DNA of 64,000 bases from Mytilus edulis (Eukaryota), in the NCBI RefSeq assembly GCF_963676685.1, contig NC_092347.1, positions 18,662,001 through 18,726,000 of the forward strand, in the 5' to 3' direction. Below, in pieces: positions 50,527 through 64,000 of the stretch. The position numbers and the translations under genes are program-made. The notes under the pieces are model-generated. The model ran no database searches. It was not told where the DNA came from and saw only the letters and a program-made list of their open reading frames with translations. The number at the start of each line of letters is the position of its first letter. Position 1 is the first letter of the stretch.

Positions 50527-53500
50527 TGTTCCATCGCAGGGTACCGCAATTGTTTTGTATAAATCTAAAGAGTAATGTCTGAAGAATATTTTAAGAGGTG
50601 TTAGACTTTTTAAAAAGTGTCCAAAAGGGGTTAAAAGGGGTATTATTTAAGAGTATATCAAAATCTTTATTTAACCCATATAAACAGAAAAAAGAAAATA
50701 TTACCAAGTATTCGGTACTATTTCTCTTATCAAATTGACCAAATCATATTTTATCAATACGGAGGCTAATTTTTATTTAATTTTTAAATCGTACAGGACC
50801 AAGAAAAAAAGGGGGAGGGTAGTATCCAAAATTCATGATTTTGAATGAAACAAAGCATACATACTAGTTTTCTTGTTAAAAAAGGTATATTTTTTTTACA
50901 TTGAAACATAGAGCATCAAGTAACTTAAGGCAGTTGAACAAAATTCAAAGGTAAGAAAGGAAAAAAAGATGGAATCAATGACAAACACAAACATAAGCAT
51001 TGTACATCACAGTCATTAAAAAATACACATAGTACTAAAAAAATAAAAGAACTGTCAGGGTTTCAAGATCTATATTAAAGTTCTTTTAACAACAGAATCT
51101 CTACATTTTAAGTTCATGAAGAAGGTCAATCCATAGAATCATCTTCATTTTCGTCAACACTATCTACCGAATTATCATCACCATCATCTTCACAATCTTC
51201 GTCTTCATCGTCAGCCATATCAACGATTTGATTATTCTTGTAGCTACAAGTATTCGTACATTTGCAGCCATCTGTACAGGATAAACCTTGTCAAACGTAT
51301 GAACTTCGTTTAGTGGCACAACCAGCTTTACATGAACAGCTTATCAGTAGCAATAAAGCATCTAACACTGGCGGTTGGTCTAGCCAATTGATGCTGATCA
51401 AAACGTTCTTAACAATCTAACCATGGTTGATTGGCGATGGAACAGTGTTGTTTTGAAGAGCAGATTTCCAAATCTTTGCCTGAAAGTTGGCTCGTTTGAT
51501 GTGCTTTAACATTGCATCTTTTGTTGGGGCAGTAGATGATAATTGCACATTTATTAATCTGCATTTGGAATAATAATATTAGAACTGATATAATTATGAA
51601 AATAGCAGGCCAATACTTCCACATCAGTGTTAGACGATTTTATACCAATGGAATCGTAACCTTTGTCAGCTACGTGTTTTGCACGAAGAAACATCTTTGT
51701 GTCGGCTTCTTCCTGTATGCTCAGAAGCTCAATGCAATCTATACTTGTCACTATTTCATTTTCAACATATATTTTGTGGCACATACTTCCAAAAGATACA
51801 AATAAACTGGGACTTTTATACTTATAGTATTAGTCTTAGTCTACCAACTGACAACAATTTATTCAATTGCCGAGGATTGTTTTGATCTAGAAATTGTCGT
51901 AATGATTTGACCTCCCAAGGACTAATTTTTTTAAGGATATTGTGGGATACTGATCAGTGACAAAATCAATGCGGGGAGTTCTTTCTGAAACTAAAAGGGT
52001 GTTTTGTTAAACAACAATTGCCAAATCAGAAAAAAAGTACTTGGTATCCTAGTAAAGGATTGAATAACTGCCGTACCATCAAATATCTACATGCTTTCCT
52101 CAGGAATGGCTTGCATTTGTTCAACGTCATTTTCTTAAAAACCACCTAGGACAGATTTATTTGTTTTTACAGATGTATCATCAACGTTTGTAAGAGACCA
52201 TGGAAGAGGACAAAATTTAAGTTGGAGTACCTCTCGTATATCCAACTGTCTAGTCTGGGCTATGACATGCAGGCTACCGAAAAGAGTTTTATTTGTTTTC
52301 AATATGATGCTGTTGTTATCACCCATTAACTGTTAACCTTTTATTTCCTGTGTTGAACATGTAAGCAATGATTGTCTTTTGATTAGTTTGAAGATATTGG
52401 TTGACTTATGAATAAGCCGTTCATTAATGACATTTTCTGATGCCGACTTTCCCTTTTCATACGCGTTTGGAAGGTTGCACCTTAATTCCGAAGAAGCAAC
52501 AGTACCCGAGGAAAAGCCAGATAACTGCTTAGATGTTTCAAATGGATTTGTCAACCTTTGCAGTGTCTGAACCAATTTTAATAGTCAGTTTCTTCTCGCT
52601 TCATTTGAGTTTTTCAAGTTCTTTTTGTGCGGATGTTTCAGGGTTAACAATTCCTGCCAAATCTCGACATTTTAATGATATTGAAGCTCTTTCATGTTCA
52701 TTTAACAACCAACATTTAGTAAAACTTTGATTTTAACTGAAACCAACAACGCCATCTCTTGTTTTTTGTATCTTTGTTCAATGTTTGCTCTATTGTTTGG
52801 TCAACTGGAGATCTAGAAACTCCATGAGAGCTTCTCTGAACACAAAAACAACCAGATGAAAGATATTCATGCGCATCAGGATGGATATTTTGCATATGAA
52901 GCAAATAGACTGACATGTATCGGGAATAGTTTTGACGGTCATATGCAAAAAACTGAATGCAAACAAAGTAACAAAATTATTTGACAATATGTACAAAATT
53001 TAAAAAACAAGACTAAATTCATTGAACAGTGAAGTAATATATCCAAGCAAGAAGGAAAGAAAATGGAAAAAAAACCACTATGAAATGAAGAACAATGTAT
53101 ACATTAAGAAAAGCAAATAAATAGTAACCAGACGGTATGTCAAATCGACATAGTTTTGTGCCAAAGAAAGTAAAAAGTCTTAACAAATTCCCCAACTGAC
53201 TATTTGAACTTCTTTCAAAGCAATGTTTGTCGATGAAATGACTTAAAAATCTTAACTCAATCACGAAATAGCTAAACCACAAAATGTAAACAAGCACACC
53301 TTTATTGAGTTCGATAGAGTGCACCCTTTCAGAACGCAAAAAAAATTGTCATTTTTTCATAAATATTTTTTTACACATTAACTTTATAAAATGATTTGTC
53401 TCACAAAAGCAACATACTCGTCAATTTAATGTTTGTTTTCAGTTGCAAATTAATGAGCTGAAAGTGCTTATGTGTGCTTATGTTTGAATATATTATCGAC

Positions 53501-53979
53501 TGAATCGAAGACGGTAATGTGACGATTTCCGGTATTTCACGAGTATTTGCACGTACATATGTTTTATTGAAAAATTCATATTTAAGACGATATTTTAATA
53601 TTGAAAATAGTTTAAACATTGCATACCGGTCAATTTTAAATTTTAATTCACAAAAACGGATAATTGCATTACGAATTTCTTTATGAAATGAGAAAATATG
53701 CCTTAATTTTAACCAAAAAATCGGATTGTTTGTAATGTAAATAAACTTTTTTTTAAAACAAAAAATCTTCAGAATTACATTAAATATGATAGTTTTATAT
53801 CTGTTTTAGTTGTTTAAACCTATAATTTTTTTTTAATCGCTTTATATTGAAAATTTTAATTAAGAATTACTTAGTCATGATAGCTAAATGAGGGGAACAT
53901 TGAAAGGGACGTTTTTAAACCTCTTTTGGACACTTTTTTTAGTCTAGCAAAAAAAATCGCGGTACCCTGGGGTGTAACA
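50527..53979 (-). mobile_element. Decayed Academ-like DNA transposon
   Basis: TIR core cagggtaccgc / gcggtaccctg with mirrored subterminal blocks. Minus-strand fragments: DQTIEQTLN, PLPWSL, QEEADTKMFL..H..S.NTDV (XPG/PIN-like) and Cys-rich CSCKAGC...LSCTDGCKC. Confidence 0.72.
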
Positions 53980-56169
53980 CAAACTCCTTAACTAGAGCGC
54001 TTTTGAAAACTAGCTGATGGACTAATGATAATTCTAATACTTTAATAATTAAAGATGGTGTTCTACAATCTAAACCAAAAGCATCAATAAAGATCAATAG
54101 TATTAGTCAGTGGACTGATGCATTCCTGATACATTGATATTTACTTGTCAAGTCATTTGGGAGAGACAACAAGGCTTCTGAAATACATGAGTAACATTCG
54201 ACTGGGAGCTAGTATGGTTCCCGGTTTAGGTTGAAAGAGGTATGACGAGCAATTTCGTTTAAAAAAATAAGAATGTCGTCTTGTAACTGGGGAACAGTTG
54301 ATTTAGAGCTTTAGTTACTCTTCATGTATGATGATAACACACAAAATAACCAAAACCATGTAACTAATGCGTATAAATGTTATGATTATAACAATGGATC
54401 TTGTACTAGGCCTACCTGTTATTATTCACATAGTTGTTCAGGTATTCACCCATCGGTAAACTGTACACGTTTCCATGGTGCTCAGACAAATTTTAATTTT
54501 AGGCATGGTCCTAGATTCGCTGCTGGACAACCAAATAACAGTTCGAAACGAGGCTCGAGTGTTAATCCAAGGGCAGCTGTCAGATTCCAGCGACCAGCTT
54601 TCAACGGTTCATTCAATCGCTAATACGACAATTGAAGTTGATGTTCTTTGCAAGTTTTTGGAAAATTATAGTAATAAAACAGTTGCTTCAGAATTATATT
54701 GGGGATTTTTGGAAGGTTTTCGTCTAAATTATACTGGACCTAGGATGACTACTGATTGTAGAATTCTAGTTTCTGTTTTTGGCAATGAAGTTGAAGTTGC
54801 AAAAAAATTATTGAAAGAAATTAATTTGGGAAGAATAGCTGGTCCATTTAACAATATACCACTTTTTAATTTAAGATTGTCTCAGATTGGCTTATGTCCT
54901 AAAAAGGATGGTTCTTGGAGGCATTTATCATACCCACAAGGTTTAAGCATAAATGATTTTATTGATAAAAGGGCGTGTGTTCTGTGACTTATACGCCGTT
55001 CGACCATGCACTAGATATGGTGCGTAGCCAAGGAAAGTTCGCCCTAATTTGGAAAAAAAGATATTAGCTCGGCATTTAGGATTTTACCACTAAACCCGGA
55101 GGATTTTGAGTTATTTGGTTTCAAATTTTTGGACTTTTACTTTGTGGAACGCTGTTTGCCTCAAGGTTGTAGTTTGTCTTGCGCAACGTTTGAGAAATTC
55201 TCAACATTTCTAGAATGTATCTTTAAGGACAAAACGGAATCGGAAAGTGTTATACACTACTTAGATAGTTTTTTTGTTTTCAGGCCCGGGGACTGATTCA
55301 ACTTGCCTTAACCTGATGAGTGAATTTGATTGTGTATGTGATCACTTAGGAGTTCCTTTGGCACATGATAAGACCGTCGGTCCAACTCATGTTCTTACTT
55401 TTTTGGGTTTTGAAATTGATACAATTGAAATGTCTGAAATTGAAAACAAAAATTTCAAACTTGTTAGGCAAAAAAAAAAGAACAACATTACGTGTTCTCC
55501 AGTCTTTTACAGGCATTTTGTTCGAGAGTGATCCCTACGGTTAGGACATTCAACAGACATTTTTTTATGATTCAATGTCAGGAATATCAAATCCTCGCCA
55601 TCATATAAGACTAACTGCGTCAATTAAGGAAGACATAAGGCTGTGGTCGTTATTTTTAGATTGTTTTAATGGCAAATTTTATTTTCCCGACTCCGATTGG
55701 ATATCAAATGTTGATATGGAGTTATTTACTGATAGTGCGGGGAGTGCGTTTTGTGGATGTGCTTCGTATTTACATCCAAATTGGGCTTTCTTTCCTTGGC
55801 CGTCATTTTGGTTAGGTTGTGATATATTAAAGGACATTACATTTTTAGAGTTATTACCTATTGTATTAGCCTTTCATTTGTGGTATGAGATCTTTGCGAA
55901 TAAGTTAATTATCTTACACGTTGACAATAAAGCACTTGTTCATATCTTGAATTCTAAAACGTCTAGATCAAGAAGGGTAATACACATTCTTCGTACTTTA
56001 GTCTTAAAAGCTATGTTTTATAATATTCAGTTCAAAACAATGCATATTACATCAAACAAAAACTTTATTGCGGATGCAATTTCTCGTCAACAGTGGCCAC
56101 GGTTTCGTCGCATGTCTCCAGAGGCGCTACAAGAACCAGAAAAGGTCCCACAGTCTTTTCTTCAAGTGA

Positions 56170-57091
56170 TCTCAAATTTGAATCCAACAAGTTGTCAACG
56201 GCGTCAATCTCACCAAACACAAGTGATACTTATGAAACTGCTGTCAGGTCATTTGATCAATTTAGATCTTCACACTGACATGCCATTTATTGGCCACCCT
56301 CACTTAATGTTATCTGTAACTTTATAGCATATTTATCTGTGCGAGGTTTTGCTCCGTCTACTGTCAAGTCTTATATTTTTGGTATAGCCTTTAAATGTAA
56401 AATGTTAAATATTACTGTTAACACTCACAACTTTATAATTAAGAAAATGTTAATTGGAATGGAAAGGCTTGACAAACGAGTGGATTTAAGATTGCCAATT
56501 ACACCACAGATTTTAGATAAATTGACTTCACTATAACCTTCTGTATGTCTCACATAGTATGAGACCTTACTGTTTTCGGGGTTGTTTAGTTTGACGTATT
56601 TCGGTTTCTTCAGGATAGGGGAATTAGTAGTCAGTAAATCACTGGCACATTCTCACACTTTGTCGTTAGATGATTTTAGTTTTTCAGAAAATAACGTTTC
56701 TATCAACCTTAAATTTTCAAAAACTGATCAGTTAGGCAACGGTAGTTTAATAAATATACCTTCAATTAATTCCCATGTACATTTGTATGTCCTGTTCATT
56801 TATTAAAGAAACATTTCATTGCCAGGCCCAAAAATATTGGTCCTGCATTCATACACTTCGGTGGAAACTATGTTACACGTTATCAGTTTAACCTGTTCTA
56901 AAGAAAGCTCTGAATGTGGCGAATATTACATCGGAATATTTTTAAAGTCATAGTTTTAGGATCGGCGCTGTATCTCAGTCTTTGAAAATGGGATTTTCTG
57001 ATGATGAAATTCAGGATTTTGGTCGTTGGGCATCAAAAGCTTATAAAAGATATATCAGAATACCAACGCTAAAGTTAGCAAGTCAAATTTA
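56170..57091 (+). pseudogene. Tyrosine recombinase of the Ngaro-type element (frameshifted)
   Basis: Catalytic R, K, HxxR, W and Y motifs spread across broken frames. Confidence 0.8.
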
Positions 57092-57184
57092 ATATGTGTC
57101 ATCATTTATTTGTTTGTATATATTGTACATTATTGATTTGAAATTTAAATACTCGCCTGATCGTCACTTTAAGACTTTTTTTGG

Positions 57185-57812
57185 TTGGTGGGTTCTTCAA
57201 TCATCAAACATGCATTTGTTCATGCTAGAAAGTCTGTCGATGGTGTAAATTTAGGTTTGGAACGAATAAAAACTACAATATGGTGGCAAGGAAAAAATAG
57301 AATAAGGATTTGTAAGATAATACCTAAAGTCAAACATTTGCTTACATTTGAAGAACACCCGCAAGTATTATTATTTCAATGTGGTGGAAATGATATAGGA
57401 AAAAAATTGTCATGCGTATTACAACACGATATTTTAAAAGTAATTGATTGGTTTCGGGTCTTACTACCACAGTCAAAATTTGTTTGGTCTCAAATTTTAC
57501 CCAGATTTAAATACAGGAATGAGATTGTTCACAGATCTTTGAACAGAACTAAGAGTTAAATTAAATAGTTTAGTATCTACATATATCATCAAACATGGTG
57601 GTGCTTATATTAAATATCCCGTTAAATATCCAGAAATATCTGAAGACAACCCAGATTTATTTTTAGACGGTGTTCATTTATCAGATATCGGAAATAATTT
57701 GTTTTTGTATAGGTTACAGCAAGGTTTATTTGACATTATAAAATTTTCACATACAATTTGTCCACAAAACGGCGAAGTAGGTCCATGGCTTCGGGAATCT
57801 GTTAGCTTGTAG
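57185..57812 (+). pseudogene. SGNH/GDSL-like hydrolase ORF of the Ngaro-type element (frameshifted)
   Basis: VGSSI (block I), CGGNDIG (block III), WSQILPR, DGVHLS (block V, ~57667). Confidence 0.75.
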
Positions 57813-57981
57813 TTACGGTGGTCAGATTATTTAACATACAGGTTTTTTATTTTTCAAATAAATAACCTTCATAGTACTGGTTGGTGGTAACAATTTTCGA
57901 AATATTCTGTTATGACAGAAGATTTCGAATTTGTTTAGTGGCGGACTTTATAGGCTGCACCAGTACCGATAAACTTGATTT

Positions 57982-60972
57982 TTAGATATTTAAATAAAGA
58001 TATAAATAGTCTTTTGGTTGAATTAGACACTGTTAAAGAAGATTTAGAGCAAATAGTAAATAATCAAACAAGGGGGGCTATTATACGATCACACGCCGAG
58101 CACTGTGAAGGCAATGAAAGAAATTCAAAATATTTCTTATCATTAGAAAAACGCAATTATAAAAATAAATGTATAAACAAATTAGTTGTAAACGACATTG
58201 AAATTGTGTCACAAAAAAAAAACCTAAACGAAGAGAGACATTTCTATGAAAATGTGTACGCATCTAAAGAAGACCCTGATAAATATTCAGGTGATTCTAA
58301 TTTTTTTGAATTAAATTTTATTCCTAAGCTTACAGATCTGGAAAAGGATATATGCGATGCAGATATTTCAGAATCTGAGTGCGTTAAAGTTTTAAAAACA
58401 TTTAAAAATAATAAAAGCCCTGGTACAGACGGGCTTACTGCTGAGTTTTACAACTTTTTCTGGATTGATATAAAAAAATATGTGTTAGAAAGCTATGAAT
58501 ATTCCTTCGAAACCGGAACCCTCTCAATAGACCAAAGACGGGGTATTCTTACTCTTATTCCAAAGAAAGATAAAGATAGAACACTCTTGTCAAACTGGCG
58601 TCCCCTCTCTATCTTAAATTTTGATTATAAATTATTAGCCAAAGTTATTGCGGAAAGAATTTAATTATTTCTTCCAAAGCTTATAGATCCGGACCAAACG
58701 GGATATGTGGCTGGTAGATACATTGGTAAAAATCTACGACTCATTGCTGATAATATATTGTTAACTACTTTAAAGAATTATCCAGGGCTTATATTACTGG
58801 TCGATTTCGAAAAGGCGTTTGATACGCTACAATGGAAATTTATTCAAAAAGCATTGGTTTGTTTTAATTTTGGTAGCAATTTCCGGAAATGGGTCTTAAC
58901 TTTATACTCAAATATATCTAGTCTTGTCGTTAATAATGGATTTAGTTCTAGTCCATTCACAATTGAGAGAGGTGTTCGACAAGGGTGTCCTTTGTCTCCT
59001 TTTTTTATTTATTTTGGCCGTTGAACTGCTGGCAATAAGTATTCGTAAGAACAATCAGATATCTGGTATAAAAATTGGGGATACTGAAATCAAAATTTCA
59101 CAGTTGGCTGATGATACCACTTGGTTTTTTTTGAAAGATGTTTTTTCCGCGCAAATTTTATTAGATTCCTTTAACGATTTTGAGAAGTGTTCAGGATTAA
59201 AAGTATTTTTTTCTAAAACCGAAGCAACATGGATTGGAAGAAATAAGTTTAACAAAGAAGGTTCCCTTCCTATTAAATGGACAGATGGTTTTAAAAACCT
59301 TAGGTTTAAAATTTAATGCTTGTGAGGAAATGGTTTGTTCTAATTTAGATACATGCATAGAAAAAATGGAATCAATAATTAAACTATGGAGGATCAAAAA
59401 CCTTTCCTTGATCGGAAAAATTGTAATTCTTAAATCACTTGCAATATCGAATCTTATTTATGTCATTTCATCTACATATGTACCAAGATCTTATGTAATT
59501 AAAATACAACGTGATATTAATAGTTTTTTTATGGAATGGTAGTACTCTGAAAGTTAAATCGGAAGTTATTCAAAATTCTCCTAGCGAGGGGGGACTGAAA
59601 GCTCAAAATTTTGAAGCACAGCTGTTATCCTTTCGTATTATGTGTGTTAAAAGATTTCTATCAGAACATGACTCCAAAGCATTTTTCTCTCTTTTTGATT
59701 TAGAAGGACTTGTTTATGAGCAGATGTGAATTTGAGTTTTTGAATTTGAAAGCACCTCTTTTTTATATAGAAGTGCTATCTGCATGGAAACGTTTCAAGG
59801 GTATTTTCATCCCGTTAAATGCATTTCATGTTAGAAAAGAATTTATTTGGTTCAATCCGTTTATCAAATTTGATCAAAAGAGTATTTTTTACAGATCTTG
59901 GTACATGAAAGGCATAAGGTTCATCAATGATATTGTAGATGATAAAGGCGTTTTTTGTCTCATGACGCTATTAACAAAAAAAAATAACCTGAATGTCACT
60001 TTTGTAGACATTCTATCTATCAAGCTTGCTATACCACGTGACTGGAAAGATTTTTTATTACAACAACACATGTCACCTAACAGCAAATCATTTGGATTCG
60101 TTTTTGAGCATGAGAATAAAAAAATGCCTATTAGTAAATTATTTGCTAAAGATGTATATTCACTTTTTATCGATCGGGGAAGTGTTTCTCCTATTTCACA
60201 ACAAAGATGGGAAGAAAGTTTTAATATAGAAATTAGTGACGAACAATGGAAACATATTTATTCATTAGCTTTCAAATGTACTATAGAAAGCAAACTACAA
60301 GCTTTTCAATATAAATTACTACACAGAATAGTCTCACATAATTATCTTCTTGAAAAATATAAACTTTCCTTAACTAATGAATGTGCCAGTTGTAAAGAAA
60401 TAGAAACTATAGAGCATAAATTTTTTGAATGTACAGAAATAAAACAATTTTGGAGAGATTTTTCAAATTGGTGGTATTCAGTTTTTGGAGAAAAACTATT
60501 CTTGAATTTTTGGTGTATTGAATTCTGATAACTTAGTTCTAAATTATTGCATTCTACAGGCAAAATATTACATTTATTATGTAAAGAATACACAATTAGA
60601 CAGACTGTTCATATCTGTGCAAGCTTTTCTTACATTTTTGAAAAGACGTCTGTAGATATTAGAATATTTGTATATTTCTAAAGACAAACACGAGTCATTT
60701 GTCAACAGATGGGGGGAATTTTATAAAAACTATTTATTATACTAATTAAATAAATTATTTCTTAATATTGTTATAGTATAATGTATTCCAAAGTATTCTT
60801 AAGACGTATCATATACTGAATATTCACACCACTATCTTGTAAATTTTTACTTTGTCTTATTTGCATAATGTCAATAGTATAACAATGCCATACATGTCAT
60901 GTCATTCACTTATATCTTGTAAAAATGTATGTATGCACTGTAGTTTGAACACCAAAAAGATCAATAAAAAAT
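57982..60972 (+). mobile_element. 5'-truncated Tx1/L1-clade LINE (RT plus C-terminal zinc finger), frameshifted
   Basis: KSPGTDGLTAEFY, LIPKKDKD..NWRPLS.LN.DYK, DFEKAFD, RGVRQGCPLSP, QLADDTT, CASC..ETIEH.FFEC; aataaa at the 3' end; TSD aacttgattt at 57972-57981 / 60973-60982. Confidence 0.9.
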
Positions 60973-60982
60973 AACTTGATTT

Positions 60983-61249
60983 ATTATTATTTAATTTTAT
61001 AGACCATTAATTCATTTCTTCATTTACACTTCAAACATAGTTTTTCATGTTGGTTAGGACATCTGTTGCCAGGGTTCAATTCAGCACACTATTAATTCAT
61101 AATTTCATTACATTTTAGTTTTATTTTAATTTTAATTATCTATTATATTTTAAAGATTTGATTTATAATTTTACTTTACGGTTACCCAAAGACCCTTTGT
61201 TCATGGGTTGGTAACCGACAGAAGCCGTGATCTTACTTCGCCAATAAAT
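60983..61249 (+). repeat. Probable remainder of the Ngaro-type terminal repeat
   Basis: tggcg at 57939 and cgcca-ataaa at 61239 bracket the LINE; hairpin ggttacc...ggtaacc near the end. Confidence 0.45.
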
Positions 61250-61864
61250 ATATATTATTCTTAACATGTGTTATCTCTTATTAATCATCCAAACTATCAC
61301 ACAAAACCTAAGAAGAACTATTTGAAAAAAAAAGAAACATTCGAACCTTGCCCCGCCTCCTGTTTTTAAGTTATAAAGTTCACTGTTAGAGAAGCTGACT
61401 GTTTTGTTAGACAAGTTATGAATACATTGAATTAAGAACTCTCTTTAAAGACATAGCTGAGTGAAACAACATCTAAATATATAAAATCATAACTCTACAC
61501 AAATGTGTATACCTTTAAGATTCATCTTTATGAACTCCATTTAAACTTATAGTAACATAAAAATTATAATGTAACCTACTCGCACCCGTAGATTAAACTA
61601 TTCTTAACTGTCAATTATTTAACACATCACATGAGACAAACTGCTCTAAATCACAGATCACAGGCACTTGTTACAGAATAAAACTTTCCTTTGTTCCACC
61701 TTAATATACCATTAAGGTATTTTGGGGGAAATATTCTGAAACAAGTGACTATGTCACAGAAAAAGCATCTTCCCAGTTTTCATGAAATTGCTCTCTATTA
61801 AAGCCATATCCTGGAAATTATGAAAAAAACAGGCTGGTACAGGATTGGGGAAATGTTCGTAAAT

Positions 61865-62616
61865 GTCGCCAACGTCGCCAACATTCTGAACAGTACCCGG
61901 TTCGCCAACGTCGCCAACGTCGCCAACATTTTGAACAGTACCCCTGTTCGCCAACGTCGCCAACGTCGCCAACATTCTAACCTGTTCACCAATTCGTCGC
62001 CAACATTCTAACCAGTACCCCTGTTCGCCAACGTCGCCAACGTCGCCAACATTCTAACCAGAACCCCTGTTCGCCAACGTCGCCAACGTCGCCAACATTC
62101 TAACCAGTACCCCTGTTCGCCAACGTCGCCAACGTCGCCAACATTCTAACCAGAACCCCTGTTCGCCAACGTCGCCAACATTTTAACCAATACCCCTGTT
62201 CGCCAACGTCGCCAACGTCGCCAACATTCTTACCAGTATCCCTGTTCGCCAACGTCGCCAACATTCTAACCAGTACCCCTGTTCGCCAACGTCGCCAACA
62301 TTCTAACCAGAACCCCTGTTCGCCAACGTCGCCAACGTCGCCAACATTTTAACCAGTACCCCTGTTCGCCAACGTCGCCAACGTCGCCAACATTCTTACC
62401 AGTATCCCTGTTCGCCAACGTCGCCAACGTCGCCAACATTCTAACCAGTACCTCTGTTCGGCAACGTCGCCAACGTCGCCAACATTCTAACCTGAGTACC
62501 CCTGTTCGGCAACGTCGCCAACGTCGCTAACATTCTGAACAGTACCCCTGTTTGCCAACATTCTAACCCATACCCCTGTCGCCAACATTCTTAACAGTAC
62601 CCCTGTAACAGGGGTA
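61865..62616. repeat. Satellite of 46/37-bp units built from a 9-bp subrepeat (cgccaacgt), ending in a palindrome
   Basis: (gtacccctgtt[cgccaacgt]1-2 cgccaacattctaacca)n; tacccctgt-a-acaggggta at 62598-62616. Confidence 0.9.
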
Positions 62617-63315
62617 TTGGTATTAAAACCTTTAATCAAGTTGAACAATTGCAACCTATCCAGAAACTAAATAGTGCTACATTTTTTATAATTAAATAGC
62701 TATAGCCCATAAATAGTTTCCAAAAAGGAATACAAAAATCTTCAAAAAAGACTTACCAGCCTGCTAACAACCATTTAAACATCATTATAAAATGTAACAA
62801 GTGCTTTTAAAATAAAAAGCAGTAACTCAACAGTGAAAATCAGGTCAATGACATGTACATATGACAGACATTTAAAACTTCGTAACATTATATATCTGCA
62901 TAAAATTTTTTTTAAAAAGCATTCAATTCTTTAACTTTAAAATAACTATAGGCTCTAAAGAGCCTGTGTTGTTGACCTTAGTCTAAGTGCATATTCTACA
63001 GAGGACACATACTCTCCAACATTGCTCTTGTCAGATTATCTCAATTCATTACAGTTAATAACTAAATAATAGACAAAATTGCATTTTACACAGTGTTATT
63101 TTTTTTACCATGTCTGCCATCTTCATTGGCGGGCGGACAGGGTCAGAGTACATATTTTACAAAAAAAATACATACTCCAATTATTATTGTAGCCATGTCT
63201 GGTAAAATTTTACCTACAAGTTTCAGATTATATTTTTGTTAAAGTAAACCATGTAAATAGACAATTTTAAATGATCATTGTATAAATTCAATTTATATTC
63301 AACTAAAGATTTCTT

Positions 63316-63400
63316 GCTGTTGTGCAATACACTGTGCTGTTGCGCAATACTAAGTATGCTGTTGGGCAATACTTAGTATGCTGTTGGGCAATACTTAGTA
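63316..63400. repeat. ~22-bp minisatellite (tgctgttgggcaatacttagta), about 4 copies
   Basis: Visible tandem copies. Confidence 0.75.
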
Positions 63401-64000
63401 AATCTTTTGTCAGTTTGACACATTCCCCATTTCCTTTCTCAATTTTATTCAATAACTTCTCAATGTTTCATCAAAAATTTATAAAAAAAACTAAAGGGAG
63501 GTTATCTTAATAAATAAAAATAAGTCATCAAATCTTAATAAAAACTGCTTTAAGCACTTTAAACTCGGAAACGTAAAATCTTCAATTTATAAAAACCAAA
63601 AGAAAGCTTACAACAATATAGATATAAACAATTTAAATTGACATTTTTAGGTTACTGTCCGAAGTGGAAAATCCCCCTTTTTGTATAGAATTAAACCCCA
63701 TAAATCAAAAAAGGTATAGTATAAAATTTATAAAAATCAAAAGGAAGCTCATGTAAATAAAATTTAACAATTCACCACAGTTTCTTGCAAGTTGGTGAAA
63801 TTATTTTTAAGGTTATTGTCTGTAAACTGGAGAATCTCCCCTTTTTTAATAAATAAAAGTAGGAAACGGTAAATCCAGTATATCATTATAAAAAAAGAAA
63901 AGCAAATCACGTCAATAGATATAAACAATTTACCAAAGTTTTATGCATATTAGTTAAAGCGTTTTTCAGTTAATGTCCAACATGTTAAAAACGAACGAAC

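Larger units (their letters stand above)
53990..57981 (+). mobile_element. Decayed Ngaro/DIRS-group tyrosine-recombinase retrotransposon (gag, RT, RNase H, YR, SGNH hydrolase)
   Basis: gag WTDAF/YDEQFR and Cys-His finger; RT LGRIAGPF, PKKDG, LSYP..SINDFI, LPQGC, HYLD; RNase H LFTDSAG, ITFLEL, DN, N.IADAISR; YR FFRIGEL, SKTDQ, HSFRIGA, GRW.S.AY..YIR. Confidence 0.9.

Noticed and set aside
61754-62616. CRISPR-like array or repeat protein
   Set aside because: There are no unique spacers and the context is eukaryotic; it is a plain satellite.

Overview
AT-rich, repeat-dense animal DNA; the repeat repertoire suggests a bivalve mollusc, Mytilus-like (inferred, not proven). Two paralogous three-exon genes lie on the + strand (1906-22979 and 42293-49652). 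Both splice in frame with phase-1 introns and encode an acidic N-tail, a TM helix, a coiled coil, a Cys-containing SPRY/B30.2-like domain that may be circularly permuted, and a second hydrophobic anchor. The rest is mobile DNA. It includes at least two families of tandem type-I hammerhead-ribozyme repeats (retrozyme-like). One is a 544-nt array in sense orientation inside intron 2 of gene copy 1, abutting a Penelope GIY-YIG fragment. Other elements are a decayed RTE-X-like LINE, an Academ-like DNA transposon, an Ngaro-type tyrosine-recombinase retrotransposon with an SGNH ORF, a Tx1-like LINE inserted into its 3' region, a tRNA-derived SINE, several MITEs, a foldback minisatellite element, a ~630-bp inverted duplication and a 46-bp satellite. 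Four sequence-unrelated small elements share one architecture: a long terminal hairpin with a GA...GA tip, followed by a body bounded by short inverted repeats. All calls are from reading the sequence by eye; no searches or folding programs were run.
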